Sequence record: NC_015287.1 | DNA length: 64,000 nucleotides | Strand: one strand, 5' to 3' | In this document: positions 39,804-47,893 of the stretch, piece by piece | How the letters are laid out: each line of letters starts with the position of its first letter | How positions within the stretch are numbered: position 1 is the stretch's first letter | Program-made: the position numbers and the translations under genes | The notes under the pieces: model-generated | The model's database searches: none | The model's input: only the letters and a program-made list of their open reading frames with translations | What the model was told of the DNA's origin: nothing

Positions 39804-40640
39804 ATGAAAGATCTGACTTATCTGCTTCCATGTCGGATTGAGACGGAGGACAGACTCCGCAATGTTATTACTTCTGTTACCTATATCCTAAAATGTTTCC
39901 CCGAAGCAAAGGTTATTGTTAAAGAAGTTGACACTCAATCACACTTCAGTGAAAGTGCTTTGCCTCGTATCAAAAAATATGTTAGTGATACTTCACAACT
40001 TAAACATGTTTTTGAACAGAGTGCAGAGAAGTTCTTTCATAAAACTAGAATCCTCAATGACCTATGTGTTCTTGCCGATACTCCCATCATTTATAATCAT
40101 GATGTAGATGTTATCGTTCCTAGAAACAGTCATGAACTTGCCTACCGTGCAATCACACAGGAAGGATCTGATGCTGTCTATCCATTTGGATGTGGTATCT
40201 ATCAATGGGCAGTCACATATAGTGACGAACTCCTAGACAAACTTCTCTCATCTCATGATGGAAAAGATTGTGATATGGACACAGTGAAGGATGCTAAGGT
40301 TAGGATTCCATCATCTATTGGATGGGGTCAGATGATTACCAAAACAGCAGAAGTCTCTGCTGGACTATGGAATGAAGAATTCATCTCATGGGGTGCAGAA
40401 GATTGTGAATTTTATTATAGACTAAATGTTTTTGGATTCAAAGTTGGTAGAGTCATAGATGACATTTATCATTTTGAACACGGTAGAACATTCAATTCAC
40501 ATTACCACAATCCTAAGTTCCAAGACAATGATCGCCTTTGGAACTGGATCAGGACTCAAGATAAAGAGTCTTTGACAAATTACTATGGAAAATTAGACTA
40601 TATCAAACGCAGGGGGAAAGAATTAAATGCTAGCCTTTAA
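39804..40640 (+). CDS. GT-A glycosyltransferase (GT2/GT7-C-like)
   Basis: KTRILN, HDVDVIVP, GLWNEEFISWGAEDCEF, HFEH. Confidence 0.78.
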   Translation: MKDLTYLLPCRIETEDRLRNVITSVTYILKCFPEAKVIVKEVDTQSHFSESALPRIKKYVSDTSQLKHVFEQSAEKFFHKTRILNDLCVLADTPIIYNHDVDVIVPRNSHELAYRAITQEGSDAVYPFGCGIYQWAVTYSDELLDKLLSSHDGKDCDMDTVKDAKVRIPSSIGWGQMITKTAEVSAGLWNEEFISWGAEDCEFYYRLNVFGFKVGRVIDDIYHFEHGRTFNSHYHNPKFQDNDRLWNWIRTQDKESLTNYYGKLDYIKRRGKELNASL

Positions 40641-41484
40641 TCAGATGGGAAACCTAGGCAGACTAGGTAATCAAATGTTTCAGTATGCTGCCGTTAGAGG
40701 TATTGCTGCAATGCGTGGATATGAATTTGGTATTCCACCTTTTGAATCTAGAAGAGTGGACAACTATAGTTTACACAGAGCATTTACATTAGAGAGTGTT
40801 GGTAGAAGTAACCTTGCAGTTCTTGATAGAGGTCATGCTCCTGTTGTAATTGAAAAACATTTTGAGTTTGATGAAGAACTCCATAGAATGTGCCCCAATG
40901 ATGTAAGTTTGTTTGGGTTCTTTCAGACAGAAAGGTACTTCAAAAATATAGAGAATGAGATCAGACGAGACTTTACTTTCCATGACTCGATACTCACACC
41001 CTGCAAAGAGATGGTTGACTCTTTGGACACACCGCCTATCTTTCTTCACGTTCGTAGGGGTGATCCTAACCTCGTCGATGCTAGGGGATTTAAGTGGTCG
41101 TACACGCAATGTTCATCGCAACATCCTCCACAACCGCTCTCGTATTACGAGGAAGCTCTAAAAGAGTTCCCAGAAGATCAACCAGTAGTCATTTGCTCAG
41201 ACTCTCCTGAGTGGGTAAATGAACAGGAGTTATTCTCTGGTGATAGATTCCTTGTGTCAGAACCAACAGACAAGTATTCAGATGGATCATACGAACCATT
41301 CGTAGACCTCTGTATCATGAGTCTTTGTTCTGGTGCTATCATTGCTAACTCATCATTGTCATGGTGGGGTGCATGGTTGCAGAACAAGAGAGGCAAAGTT
41401 GTCGCACCTAAACAATGGTTCGGAACTGATTACAAGGACAAGAATACAAAGGACTTGTACTGCCCAGAATGGATCGTAATTTAA
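40627..41484 (+). CDS. Glycosyltransferase family 11, copy 3
   Basis: GRLGNQMFQYA, HVRRGD, ANSSLSWWGAWL. Confidence 0.88.
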   Translation: MLAFNQMGNLGRLGNQMFQYAAVRGIAAMRGYEFGIPPFESRRVDNYSLHRAFTLESVGRSNLAVLDRGHAPVVIEKHFEFDEELHRMCPNDVSLFGFFQTERYFKNIENEIRRDFTFHDSILTPCKEMVDSLDTPPIFLHVRRGDPNLVDARGFKWSYTQCSSQHPPQPLSYYEEALKEFPEDQPVVICSDSPEWVNEQELFSGDRFLVSEPTDKYSDGSYEPFVDLCIMSLCSGAIIANSSLSWWGAWLQNKRGKVVAPKQWFGTDYKDKNTKDLYCPEWIVI

Positions 41485-41975
41485 TTGTAATAGATAATTT
41501 TTTAGATGACCCAGATAGGATAAGGTTTCATGCCTTGTCCTTAGATTTTGATAGGATTCAAAAATCTGTGCCTGGTGTAAGGTCTCATAGGTTAGGTGGG
41601 GATCTACAGAAAGAAGTAGAGACTAAACTAAAGACTGCTCTCGGAGGAGAGATTGTATGGGATTGGACACAGGATAGTTTTTGTTTTCAATCATGCCAAG
41701 AAGGAACAGAAACTTGGGTTCATGTTGACAGTCAGGGAGAAAGTCAAGGAGAGTGGGCAGCAGTATTATATCTGACTCCTAATCCTATTCTTGATTCTGG
41801 AACTGGCATCTATGAGTCTCCTGATGCTGATATGAATATCGGTGTAGGAAATGTTTACAACAGACTGGTTGCGTATCGTGGCAAAGTGTTGTATCATAGA
41901 AGTATTCTGCCTGGTTTTGGTAACACACTAGAAACAAGTAGACTCACACAAACATTCTTTTTCGATGTCAAATAA
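41469..41975 (+). CDS. 2OG-Fe(II) oxygenase-like protein (DUF6445-like)
   Basis: IVIDNFLDDPD, WVHVD, AVLYLTP, NRLVAY...YH...RLTQTFFF. Confidence 0.65.
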   Translation: MDRNLIVIDNFLDDPDRIRFHALSLDFDRIQKSVPGVRSHRLGGDLQKEVETKLKTALGGEIVWDWTQDSFCFQSCQEGTETWVHVDSQGESQGEWAAVLYLTPNPILDSGTGIYESPDADMNIGVGNVYNRLVAYRGKVLYHRSILPGFGNTLETSRLTQTFFFDVK

Positions 41976-42774
41976 ATCTGCATACAAACTTAAAGGATTC
42001 GGTCCGCTTTACATCATTAATCTGGATGAACAGCCAGAGAGGATGCAGTGGATGGAAGAACAACTCAAGGAGTGGGAGATAGAAAACTATACTCGCATCT
42101 CTGCATACGATGGTAGACCCTCCACTGGTGATGACCTAAGTGATATTCTGGTGGGTAAGTATCCTGACAGTATTACGCCTGGTGAGATTGGTTGTGTGAC
42201 TTCTCACCTCAAGGCAATCAAACATTTTGTTGAGGAGACTGATGAACCATATGCAATCATCATGGAAGATGATTGTGATATTAGTATCGCACAGTTCTGG
42301 ACATTCACATGGAGACAGTTCATCTCTAGGATGCCATACGACTGGGATACAGTTCAAGTTGCAGTAATTTGCCCTGGCGAATTACATGTACAAGTTCACC
42401 GTAGATTTATTAATGACTTTTCTACTGCATGTTATGTCATAACTAGACATCATGCTGAGAAACTGTTGAAACTTCATGTCAGAGGAGAGAAATATAAACT
42501 CGATAATGGCGTGAAACCACGACCTGTTGCCGACGATTTGATATACAACTCAGGTGCATCCTATGCCTGTCCTATCTTCCTATACAAAATTGAATTGGGT
42601 TCCTCAATCCATGAAGAACACATTGAAATCTTCCATAGGGGGAGTCATGATGGTCTCAGAGAACTCTGGAACACAAGAGGTGGAGACATCACCATCGATA
42701 TGTTATCCGACTTTGATCCTTATCTAGGTAGGATTGCTGGTGGTGATCCCCGAAACAAAGGACAGGGGGCTTGA
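41965..42774 (+). CDS. Glycosyltransferase family 25 (LPS biosynthesis type)
   Basis: YIINLDEQPER, GEIGCVTSH, IIMEDD. Confidence 0.85.
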   Translation: MSNKSAYKLKGFGPLYIINLDEQPERMQWMEEQLKEWEIENYTRISAYDGRPSTGDDLSDILVGKYPDSITPGEIGCVTSHLKAIKHFVEETDEPYAIIMEDDCDISIAQFWTFTWRQFISRMPYDWDTVQVAVICPGELHVQVHRRFINDFSTACYVITRHHAEKLLKLHVRGEKYKLDNGVKPRPVADDLIYNSGASYACPIFLYKIELGSSIHEEHIEIFHRGSHDGLRELWNTRGGDITIDMLSDFDPYLGRIAGGDPRNKGQGA

Positions 42775-42804
42775 CAAATCCCGAAGATTTTGTTAAACTA
42801 AATA
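42771..42804 (+). promoter_or_regulatory. Overlapping early (sigma70) and late promoters
   Basis: TTGACA-N17-TAAACT with extended -10 TG; TAAATA at 42799-42804. Confidence 0.65.
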
Positions 42805-42975
42805 GAATCTGACAGGCGATCCCGCCTATGTCAAGATTCCGTGACAGACGTGTCATGGAGAAATGTTATTCCGAATGCCTCAATTACTCGCGCTAGGTCT
42901 CTACAGTTCAAAACCTAACACGAAGTCATGTCGAGACTTCTATCATCTGCTGGTATAAAAAACTCAGCAAGTAAA
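42805..42975 (+). ncRNA. Structured 5' leader resembling the manA RNA motif
   Basis: Hairpins GAATC-TGACA-GGCG/CGCC-TGTCA-GATTC (42805-39), TGACA/TGTCA, GAAGTC-ATGTCGA-GACTTC, then TATCATCTGCTGGT...CAGCAAGT; family assignment from memory of the consensus. Confidence 0.55.
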
Positions 42976-42990
42976 TTCGAGAGAAATTAA

Positions 42991-43338
42991 ATGTTCAAAT
43001 CCGTAATCGCAGCCACAGCTGCTGCTCCTCTTTTCGCTGGTGCTGCAATCGCAGGACCTTATGTAAACGTTGAAACCAATTCTTCATTCAATGGTGGAGA
43101 CTATACTGCAACCACAGCCGAGTTCGCACTTGGTTACGAAGGTTCTAACTGGTTCGTTCAAGGTGGTCCTGTTGTGACTGCTCCTGACGCTGGTACTAAT
43201 GACACAGACTTCCTTGCTAAGGCAGGTGGATCTGTTGCTTTGTCTGAATCTGTTGTGGGTTATGGTGAACTCAGCTTCCAAACTGATGACGTTGATAATG
43301 ACTACGGCGTTAAGGCTGGTGTTAAGTACGTTTTCTAA
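42991..43338 (+). CDS. Small outer-membrane beta-barrel-like protein (DUF680/PhCOG173-like), copy 1
   Basis: Signal peptide ending AIA|GPYVNVE; alternating beta pattern; C-terminal KYVF. Confidence 0.7.
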   Translation: MFKSVIAATAAAPLFAGAAIAGPYVNVETNSSFNGGDYTATTAEFALGYEGSNWFVQGGPVVTAPDAGTNDTDFLAKAGGSVALSESVVGYGELSFQTDDVDNDYGVKAGVKYVF

Positions 43339-43365
43339 GTAGAAATACGTTAGCATATAAACACG

Positions 43366-43398
43366 AAAGACCCCTGTATTTGCAGTGGGTCTTTTTTT
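43366..43398 (+). terminator. Rho-independent terminator
   Basis: AAAGACCC-CTG...CAG-GGGTCTTT followed by T tract. Confidence 0.7.
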
Positions 43399-43414
43399 CT
43401 AGTATAATTAGAGT

Positions 43415-43948
43415 ATGAGAAACCCACACGCTGTATTCGCTGCACCATTTTTTATCGAGGAGATTGACCTTGATAAAGTAAATCTGGTGTCAGAGGATTT
43501 CCAACCTACATTCCTCAGTGCTTGTCCTACAACACTAGGGAATGATAAGTTCACTGATGAATCATATGAATATGTTAAAGGACTCATCTCAGAGTGCATA
43601 CAACAGTTCATACCAGATGATTTTGTAATTGGACAGGTGTGGCGTAACAAATACGAGAAACATGACTGGCAAGATCCACACATCCACTCAGGGGCTCAAT
43701 GGAGTTTCGTTATTGTGGAGTCTGTGGAACACTCTAGAACAGTCTTCATGAACCCTTCTCGTAAACTAATAATGAATCAGTGGGCAATGTATGGTACTGC
43801 AATCTCTATGGATTTCATTCCCAATGCACCCGCTGGTAGCATTATTATATTCCCTTCATGGATAGAACACTTTGTAACAAGTGGGAATGAGGGAACTACG
43901 ATATCAGGAAATGTTTATTTGACTGAACCACCTAGAGGACCTAATTAA
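43415..43948 (+). CDS. 2OG-Fe(II) oxygenase-like protein
   Basis: QDPHIH, WSFVI, IIIFPSWIEH, TTISGN. Confidence 0.78.
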   Translation: MRNPHAVFAAPFFIEEIDLDKVNLVSEDFQPTFLSACPTTLGNDKFTDESYEYVKGLISECIQQFIPDDFVIGQVWRNKYEKHDWQDPHIHSGAQWSFVIVESVEHSRTVFMNPSRKLIMNQWAMYGTAISMDFIPNAPAGSIIIFPSWIEHFVTSGNEGTTISGNVYLTEPPRGPN

Positions 43949-44116
43949 ATGGTAAATGGAAGACTAACAAAATGTTATATGGAATCCAGACTCCTTAAGA
44001 TCAAGTCTGGCATTGATACAAAACAATGGTATCCAGATTGGGATGACAAAGAAAGATGGGCAGCACAACAGGCACTGAACTGTGCCTTGGAAGTTTTACA
44101 AGAGTACGAATATTAG
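43949..44116 (+). CDS. Small hypothetical protein (absent from ORF track)
   Basis: MVNGRLTK...WYPDWDDKERWAAQQALN...EY*, 55 aa. Confidence 0.6.
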   Translation: MVNGRLTKCYMESRLLKIKSGIDTKQWYPDWDDKERWAAQQALNCALEVLQEYEY

Positions 44117-44144
44117 GGATCACCGATATTGATTGTTAAGTTTC

Positions 44145-44173
44145 TTGACAAAATTTTATATTTCCTATATAAT
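44145..44173 (+). promoter_or_regulatory. Consensus sigma70 promoter for hli genes
   Basis: TTGACA-N17-TATAAT. Confidence 0.8.
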
Positions 44174-44197
44174 TATGTTACGTTTCTTAATAATACA

Positions 44198-44389
44198 ATG
44201 ACACAAGTTACAGAATCAGGTGGTCGCCAGAACATTTATTCTATCGAACCACGTCCATACCTTGACGAATCTTATGAAGGTTATGGCAAGAACGCAGAGA
44301 AAACTAACGGTCGTTGGGCAATGTTAGGTTTCGTTGCTCTTGTTGGTGCTTATGTAACAACAGGACAGATCATCCCAGGCATCTTCTAG
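44198..44389 (+). CDS. hli: High-light-inducible protein
   Basis: AEKTNGRWAMLGF...TTGQIIPGIF; ATG 44198 follows promoter (track start 44129 is too early). Confidence 0.93.
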   Translation: MTQVTESGGRQNIYSIEPRPYLDESYEGYGKNAEKTNGRWAMLGFVALVGAYVTTGQIIPGIF

Positions 44390-44438
44390 GATGAGGTTCA
44401 TCTCACAATTCACAATCACTAAAACAGAGGACACAATC

Positions 44439-44546
44439 ATGACTCCAGAAGCAGAAAGATTCAACGGTTGGGCAGCAATGCTTGGATTCGTTGCAGCAGT
44501 AGGCGCTTACGCAACAACAGGACAGATCATTCCTGGCGTGTTCTAA
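44439..44546 (+). CDS. hli: High-light-inducible protein (35 aa, absent from ORF track)
   Basis: MTPEAERFNGWAAMLGFVAAVGAYATTGQIIPGVF*; RBS GAGG. Confidence 0.92.
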   Translation: MTPEAERFNGWAAMLGFVAAVGAYATTGQIIPGVF

Positions 44547-44623
44547 ATTTTTTTCTTTTAGAACTTTACAAAACTAAATAAAATCAAGTAGAAAATTTTC
44601 GATCCAACACAAAGGGATAATAT

Positions 44624-44827
44624 ATGAGTGAATATCAATTTGCCACCGAGTCTTATCCAATATGGAAAGCGATAGTCTGGTGTTTCTATCCGATGTCGGT
44701 TCTCGTATTGGTTGAACTCTATCTCAGGTTCATCAATGATGATGACGATGATGACGACGGTGGCGGATTAGGTATCCGAGTCTCAGACCAACAACTAGTC
44801 CCAGTCAAAGTTCCATCAGGTGCATAA
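44624..44827 (+). CDS. Small membrane protein with Asp tract
   Basis: TM then NDDDDDDDGGG; TAAATA at 44575-80. Confidence 0.65.
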   Translation: MSEYQFATESYPIWKAIVWCFYPMSVLVLVELYLRFINDDDDDDDGGGLGIRVSDQQLVPVKVPSGA

Positions 44828-44828
44828 A

Positions 44829-44912
44829 ATGATTCATCTTATTTCTACAAGTCTATTCCTATCAAGTGTAATAGCTTGTGCAAACGGCGGAATGTCATTC
44901 GTATTCGCATGA
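44829..44912 (+). CDS. Putative 27 aa hydrophobic peptide
   Basis: MIHLISTSLFLSSVIACANGGMSFVFA*; ATGA-coupled to next ORF. Confidence 0.4.
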   Translation: MIHLISTSLFLSSVIACANGGMSFVFA

Positions 44913-45022
44913 TATTCCTTGCCTCAATTTTAAATAACTTACCACCAGGCTCTAAAGATCTCGTAGAGTTTGGTTTTTTCATGTTCGTAGGGATCACCGC
45001 AGGCTCTTTAGGTTTACTATGA
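44909..45022 (+). CDS. 37 aa single-pass membrane peptide
   Basis: MIFLASILNNLPPGSKDLVEFGFFMFVGITAGSLGLL*; ATGA overlaps at both ends. Confidence 0.55.
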   Translation: MIFLASILNNLPPGSKDLVEFGFFMFVGITAGSLGLL

Positions 45023-45381
45023 TTTCTGATGCTATGACTAAATCTTACCACGACGTAATGAAAGCATACAAAAAAGAATATTTGTTACCACTTAGGTATG
45101 TTCCAGTAGTATTCTGGGCATTAGTTACCTTCTTGACCGTATCTATTGCCTTCCCAATAGCAACTCACGCAGAGGTATTGTGGGTTCAAGTTCCACAGTG
45201 GGAAGATGATTGGTCAAAATGTGCAGTAGATGTACCAGACACTTCATGCCATTGGTACGTTGCAAATGCAGACAATACTTTTGGGAAAGGATTTGATTGG
45301 GAGACCGCCCCTTGGTTCAGTGCAGAGGGTCTCTTGGATGTAAAATCAAATGTTGTAGAGGGCTTGCAAAAAGTAGGATAG
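45019..45381 (+). CDS. Membrane-anchored hypothetical protein
   Basis: TM then Trp-rich domain with CAVDVPDTSCHWY. Confidence 0.65.
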   Translation: MISDAMTKSYHDVMKAYKKEYLLPLRYVPVVFWALVTFLTVSIAFPIATHAEVLWVQVPQWEDDWSKCAVDVPDTSCHWYVANADNTFGKGFDWETAPWFSAEGLLDVKSNVVEGLQKVG

Positions 45382-45406
45382 ATATTATAATAGATCTAGT
45401 AGTTGA

Positions 45407-45691
45407 GTGAAAAAAATCTGGAGAGTTTGGGCAAAGGCATTAGGAGAAAAGTCTGGTAAATCCGATAAGGAAGCAGACAAGATTGCTCTCATCCGTACTT
45501 TCATCTTTGTTCAACTTGTAGTCACAAACTGTTTCATCATTGCAGGCAACATTCGCCATTGGAATGATCATTACACACCACCACAGTATGAAAAAGAATC
45601 TTTTATTCATCTCTCAGGACAAGGAAATTGCTTTGATACAGGAGATGATCTACAAGATGCAGATGTCCAATCCAGACATCCATCCATCTAA
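45407..45691 (+). CDS. Hypothetical membrane protein
   Basis: WRVWAKALGEK...ALIRTFIFVQL; GTG start. Confidence 0.55.
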   Translation: MKKIWRVWAKALGEKSGKSDKEADKIALIRTFIFVQLVVTNCFIIAGNIRHWNDHYTPPQYEKESFIHLSGQGNCFDTGDDLQDADVQSRHPSI

Positions 45692-46103
45692 AACATGTTT
45701 CCTATGCGTATCACCTGATTATTCTAGTGTTGTTTGTCAACACCTGAGTCATGCCTTGTCTGTAGATGGAGAGATATATCATATCGAATCTGTCAATGTT
45801 CCTTTCCCTGACGAAAGTGTAGAACCTTACGCTGAAGTTTTTAAGAATCGTCTGGAAGAATGGAAGAAGGAATGGGAATCTTTTGTTCTCATAGAGGCAG
45901 GGGTAATCCGTGGTGGTAACTACACTTGGACTACAGATATCATGAAGGAATCAGGGGCTAGTAATTACTACACAGTAGCACTATGCGAAAATACTATGAG
46001 TAAATTCCAATCTGATTTCGTTTCTCTTTACTATAATAATGACACCGATGACCTCCACTTCTGGTGGGAGCGTCCTAACAACCATTGGAGATATTATGCC
46101 TAA
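45588..46103 (+). CDS. Phosphoribosyltransferase-like protein
   Basis: FVLIEAGVIRGGNY is a degenerate PRPP loop; likely start 45588. Confidence 0.5.
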   Translation: MKKNLLFISQDKEIALIQEMIYKMQMSNPDIHPSKTCFLCVSPDYSSVVCQHLSHALSVDGEIYHIESVNVPFPDESVEPYAEVFKNRLEEWKKEWESFVLIEAGVIRGGNYTWTTDIMKESGASNYYTVALCENTMSKFQSDFVSLYYNNDTDDLHFWWERPNNHWRYYA

Positions 46104-46245
46104 GAAAGATCCACTACTTGAAGAATTAGAAGAGAGAATCTCTGAGGGACCTGTGGTATTCACGCCTGATGAGGAGTTCCTAGAAAGATTAAAAGAAAAA
46201 GAAGAAGTCCAAGAGACAGTTGACAAGAATGTAAATAACTGTTAA
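46096..46245 (+). CDS. Small acidic hypothetical protein
   Basis: [18 protein letters not shown]. Confidence 0.5.
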   Translation: MPKKDPLLEELEERISEGPVVFTPDEEFLERLKEKEEVQETVDKNVNNC

Positions 46246-46248
46246 CAT
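46220..46248 (+). promoter_or_regulatory. psbA promoter region (sigma70 plus late)
   Basis: TTGACA-N17-TAACAT with TG extension; TAAATA at 46232-37. Confidence 0.55.
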
Positions 46249-46262
46249 ATATAAATGAAGGG

Positions 46263-46330
46263 GTGTTGATTTCAACACTTTTCCGACCCGCTAACCAAGA
46301 CCTATGGGTCGTTAAATTACGTCTTTATCT
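46263..46330 (+). ncRNA. PhotoRC-II-like psbA leader RNA (pseudoknot)
   Basis: CGACCC (46284-89) pairs GGGTCG (46306-11); AAGAC (46297-301) pairs GTCTT (46321-25), an H-type pseudoknot; hairpin GTGTTGA/TCAACAC before it. Confidence 0.65.
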
Positions 46331-46361
46331 TACTCAAAATAAACATCGCACTTTTTTTCAA

Positions 46362-47447
46362 ATGACAACTCTTTCAACACGCAAGCGTGGTGGGTTGCTA
46401 TCTGGATGGGACGAGTTTTGTGAGTGGGTTACTTCTACTGACAATCGTATCTACGTTGGTTGGTTTGGTGTCCTCATGATTCCTTGCCTCCTCGCAGCTA
46501 CCACTTGTTTCATCGTAGCATTCATCGCTGCACCTCCTGTCGATATCGACGGAATCAGAGAGCCAGTTGCTGGTTCTTTAATGTATGGTAACAACATCAT
46601 CTCTGGTGCTGTTGTACCTAGTTCAAACGCAATCGGATTACACTTCTACCCTATCTGGGAAGCAGCAACAGTTGACGAATGGCTCTACAATGGTGGACCT
46701 TTCCAACTGGTTATCTTCCACTTCCTCATTGGTATTTCTGCATACTGCGGAAGACAGTGGGAACTTTCTTACAGATTAGGTATGAGACCTTGGATCTGTG
46801 TTGCTTACTCCGCACCTGTATCTGCTGCCTTTGCAGTATTCCTTGTGTATCCATTCGGTCAGGGTTCTTTCTCTGATGCTATGCCACTTGGAATCTCTGG
46901 AACATTCAACTACATGTTTGTTTTCCAGGCTGAGCACAACATTCTGATGCACCCATTCCACATGTTAGGTGTGGCTGGTGTCTTCGGTGGTTCATTGTTC
47001 TCTGCAATGCACGGTTCACTTGTTACATCTTCTCTAATCAGAGAGACAACTGAGCAAGAATCTCAGAACTACGGTTACAAGTTCGGACAAGAGGAGGAAA
47101 CATACAACATCGTAGCTGCACACGGTTACTTTGGTCGCCTCATCTTCCAATACGCATCTTTCAACAACTCAAGAAGTCTTCACTTCTTCCTTGCAGCATT
47201 CCCTGTTATTTGTATCTGGGCAACTGCAATGGGTGTCTCAACTATGGCGTTCAACCTTAACGGTTTCAACTTCAACCAGTCTGTCGTAGACGCATCTGGT
47301 AAAGTTATTCCTACTTGGGCAGACGTTCTTAACAGAGCAGGACTTGGTATGGAAGTAATGCACGAGCGTAACGCTCACAACTTCCCATTAGACTTGGCTG
47401 CTGCTGAATCAACACCAGTTGCTTTAACTGCACCTACTATTGGATAA
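46362..47447 (+). CDS. psbA: Photosystem II D1 protein, uninterrupted, 361 aa
   Basis: [47 protein letters not shown]; ATG 46362. Confidence 0.99.
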   Translation: MTTLSTRKRGGLLSGWDEFCEWVTSTDNRIYVGWFGVLMIPCLLAATTCFIVAFIAAPPVDIDGIREPVAGSLMYGNNIISGAVVPSSNAIGLHFYPIWEAATVDEWLYNGGPFQLVIFHFLIGISAYCGRQWELSYRLGMRPWICVAYSAPVSAAFAVFLVYPFGQGSFSDAMPLGISGTFNYMFVFQAEHNILMHPFHMLGVAGVFGGSLFSAMHGSLVTSSLIRETTEQESQNYGYKFGQEEETYNIVAAHGYFGRLIFQYASFNNSRSLHFFLAAFPVICIWATAMGVSTMAFNLNGFNFNQSVVDASGKVIPTWADVLNRAGLGMEVMHERNAHNFPLDLAAAESTPVALTAPTIG

Positions 47448-47471
47448 TCAAAACTAAATATTAAATCTTTC

Positions 47472-47498
47472 AAAACCCCCTCTACGAGGGGGTTTTTT
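47472..47498 (+). terminator. Rho-independent terminator after psbA
   Basis: AAAACCCCCTC-TAC-GAGGGGGTTTTTT. Confidence 0.85.
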
Positions 47499-47543
47499 CA
47501 TGGCAAATGTGGTATAATATAGGAGTCAAACAAGGGAGGTCAT

Positions 47544-47615
47544 GGGACTATCGCATATTGGTTAATGCCCTCTGCTTATAACGGAGTGAACCGAGTTCAA
47601 TTCTCGGTAGTCCTA
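47544..47615 (+). tRNA. trnI-UAU: tRNA-Ile (anticodon TAT)
   Basis: Acceptor GGGACTA/TAGTCCT; anticodon arm CTCTG-CTTATAA-CGGAG; T arm CCGAG-TTCAATT-CTCGG; no encoded CCA. Confidence 0.88.
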
Positions 47616-47618
47616 CTT

Positions 47619-47692
47619 GCCACTTTAGCTCAGTTGGATAGAGCAACGCATTTGTAATGCGTAGGTCGTCGGTTCAAGTCCGACAAGTGGCT
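47619..47692 (+). tRNA. trnT-UGU: tRNA-Thr (TGT)
   Basis: GCCACTT/AAGTGGC; ACGCA-TTTGTAA-TGCGT; TTCAAGT loop. Confidence 0.93.
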
Positions 47693-47696
47693 CCTT

Positions 47697-47770
<74 letters not shown>

Positions 47771-47774
47771 CCTT

Positions 47775-47858
47775 GGGAGTGTGGTGGAATCGGTAGACAC
47801 ACCAGACTTAAAATCTGTTGACAGCAATGTCGTGGGGGTTCAAGTCCCCCCACTCCCA
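47775..47858 (+). tRNA. trnL-UAA: tRNA-Leu (TAA)
   Basis: GGGAGTG/CACTCCC; CAGA-CTTAAAA-TCTG; long variable arm GAC..GTC; no intron. Confidence 0.92.
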
Positions 47859-47893
47859 TAGACAAAAGACGGTTTGATTGATATAATTAATGT

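Noticed and set aside
44391-44438. Longer start for second hli (ATG 44391)
   Set aside because: In frame but lacks an RBS; GAGG before 44439 and the typical MTPEAE start favour the short form.
46263-46361. 33 aa N-terminal extension of PsbA in the ORF track
   Set aside because: D1 begins MTT at 46362; the upstream stretch is the structured leader.
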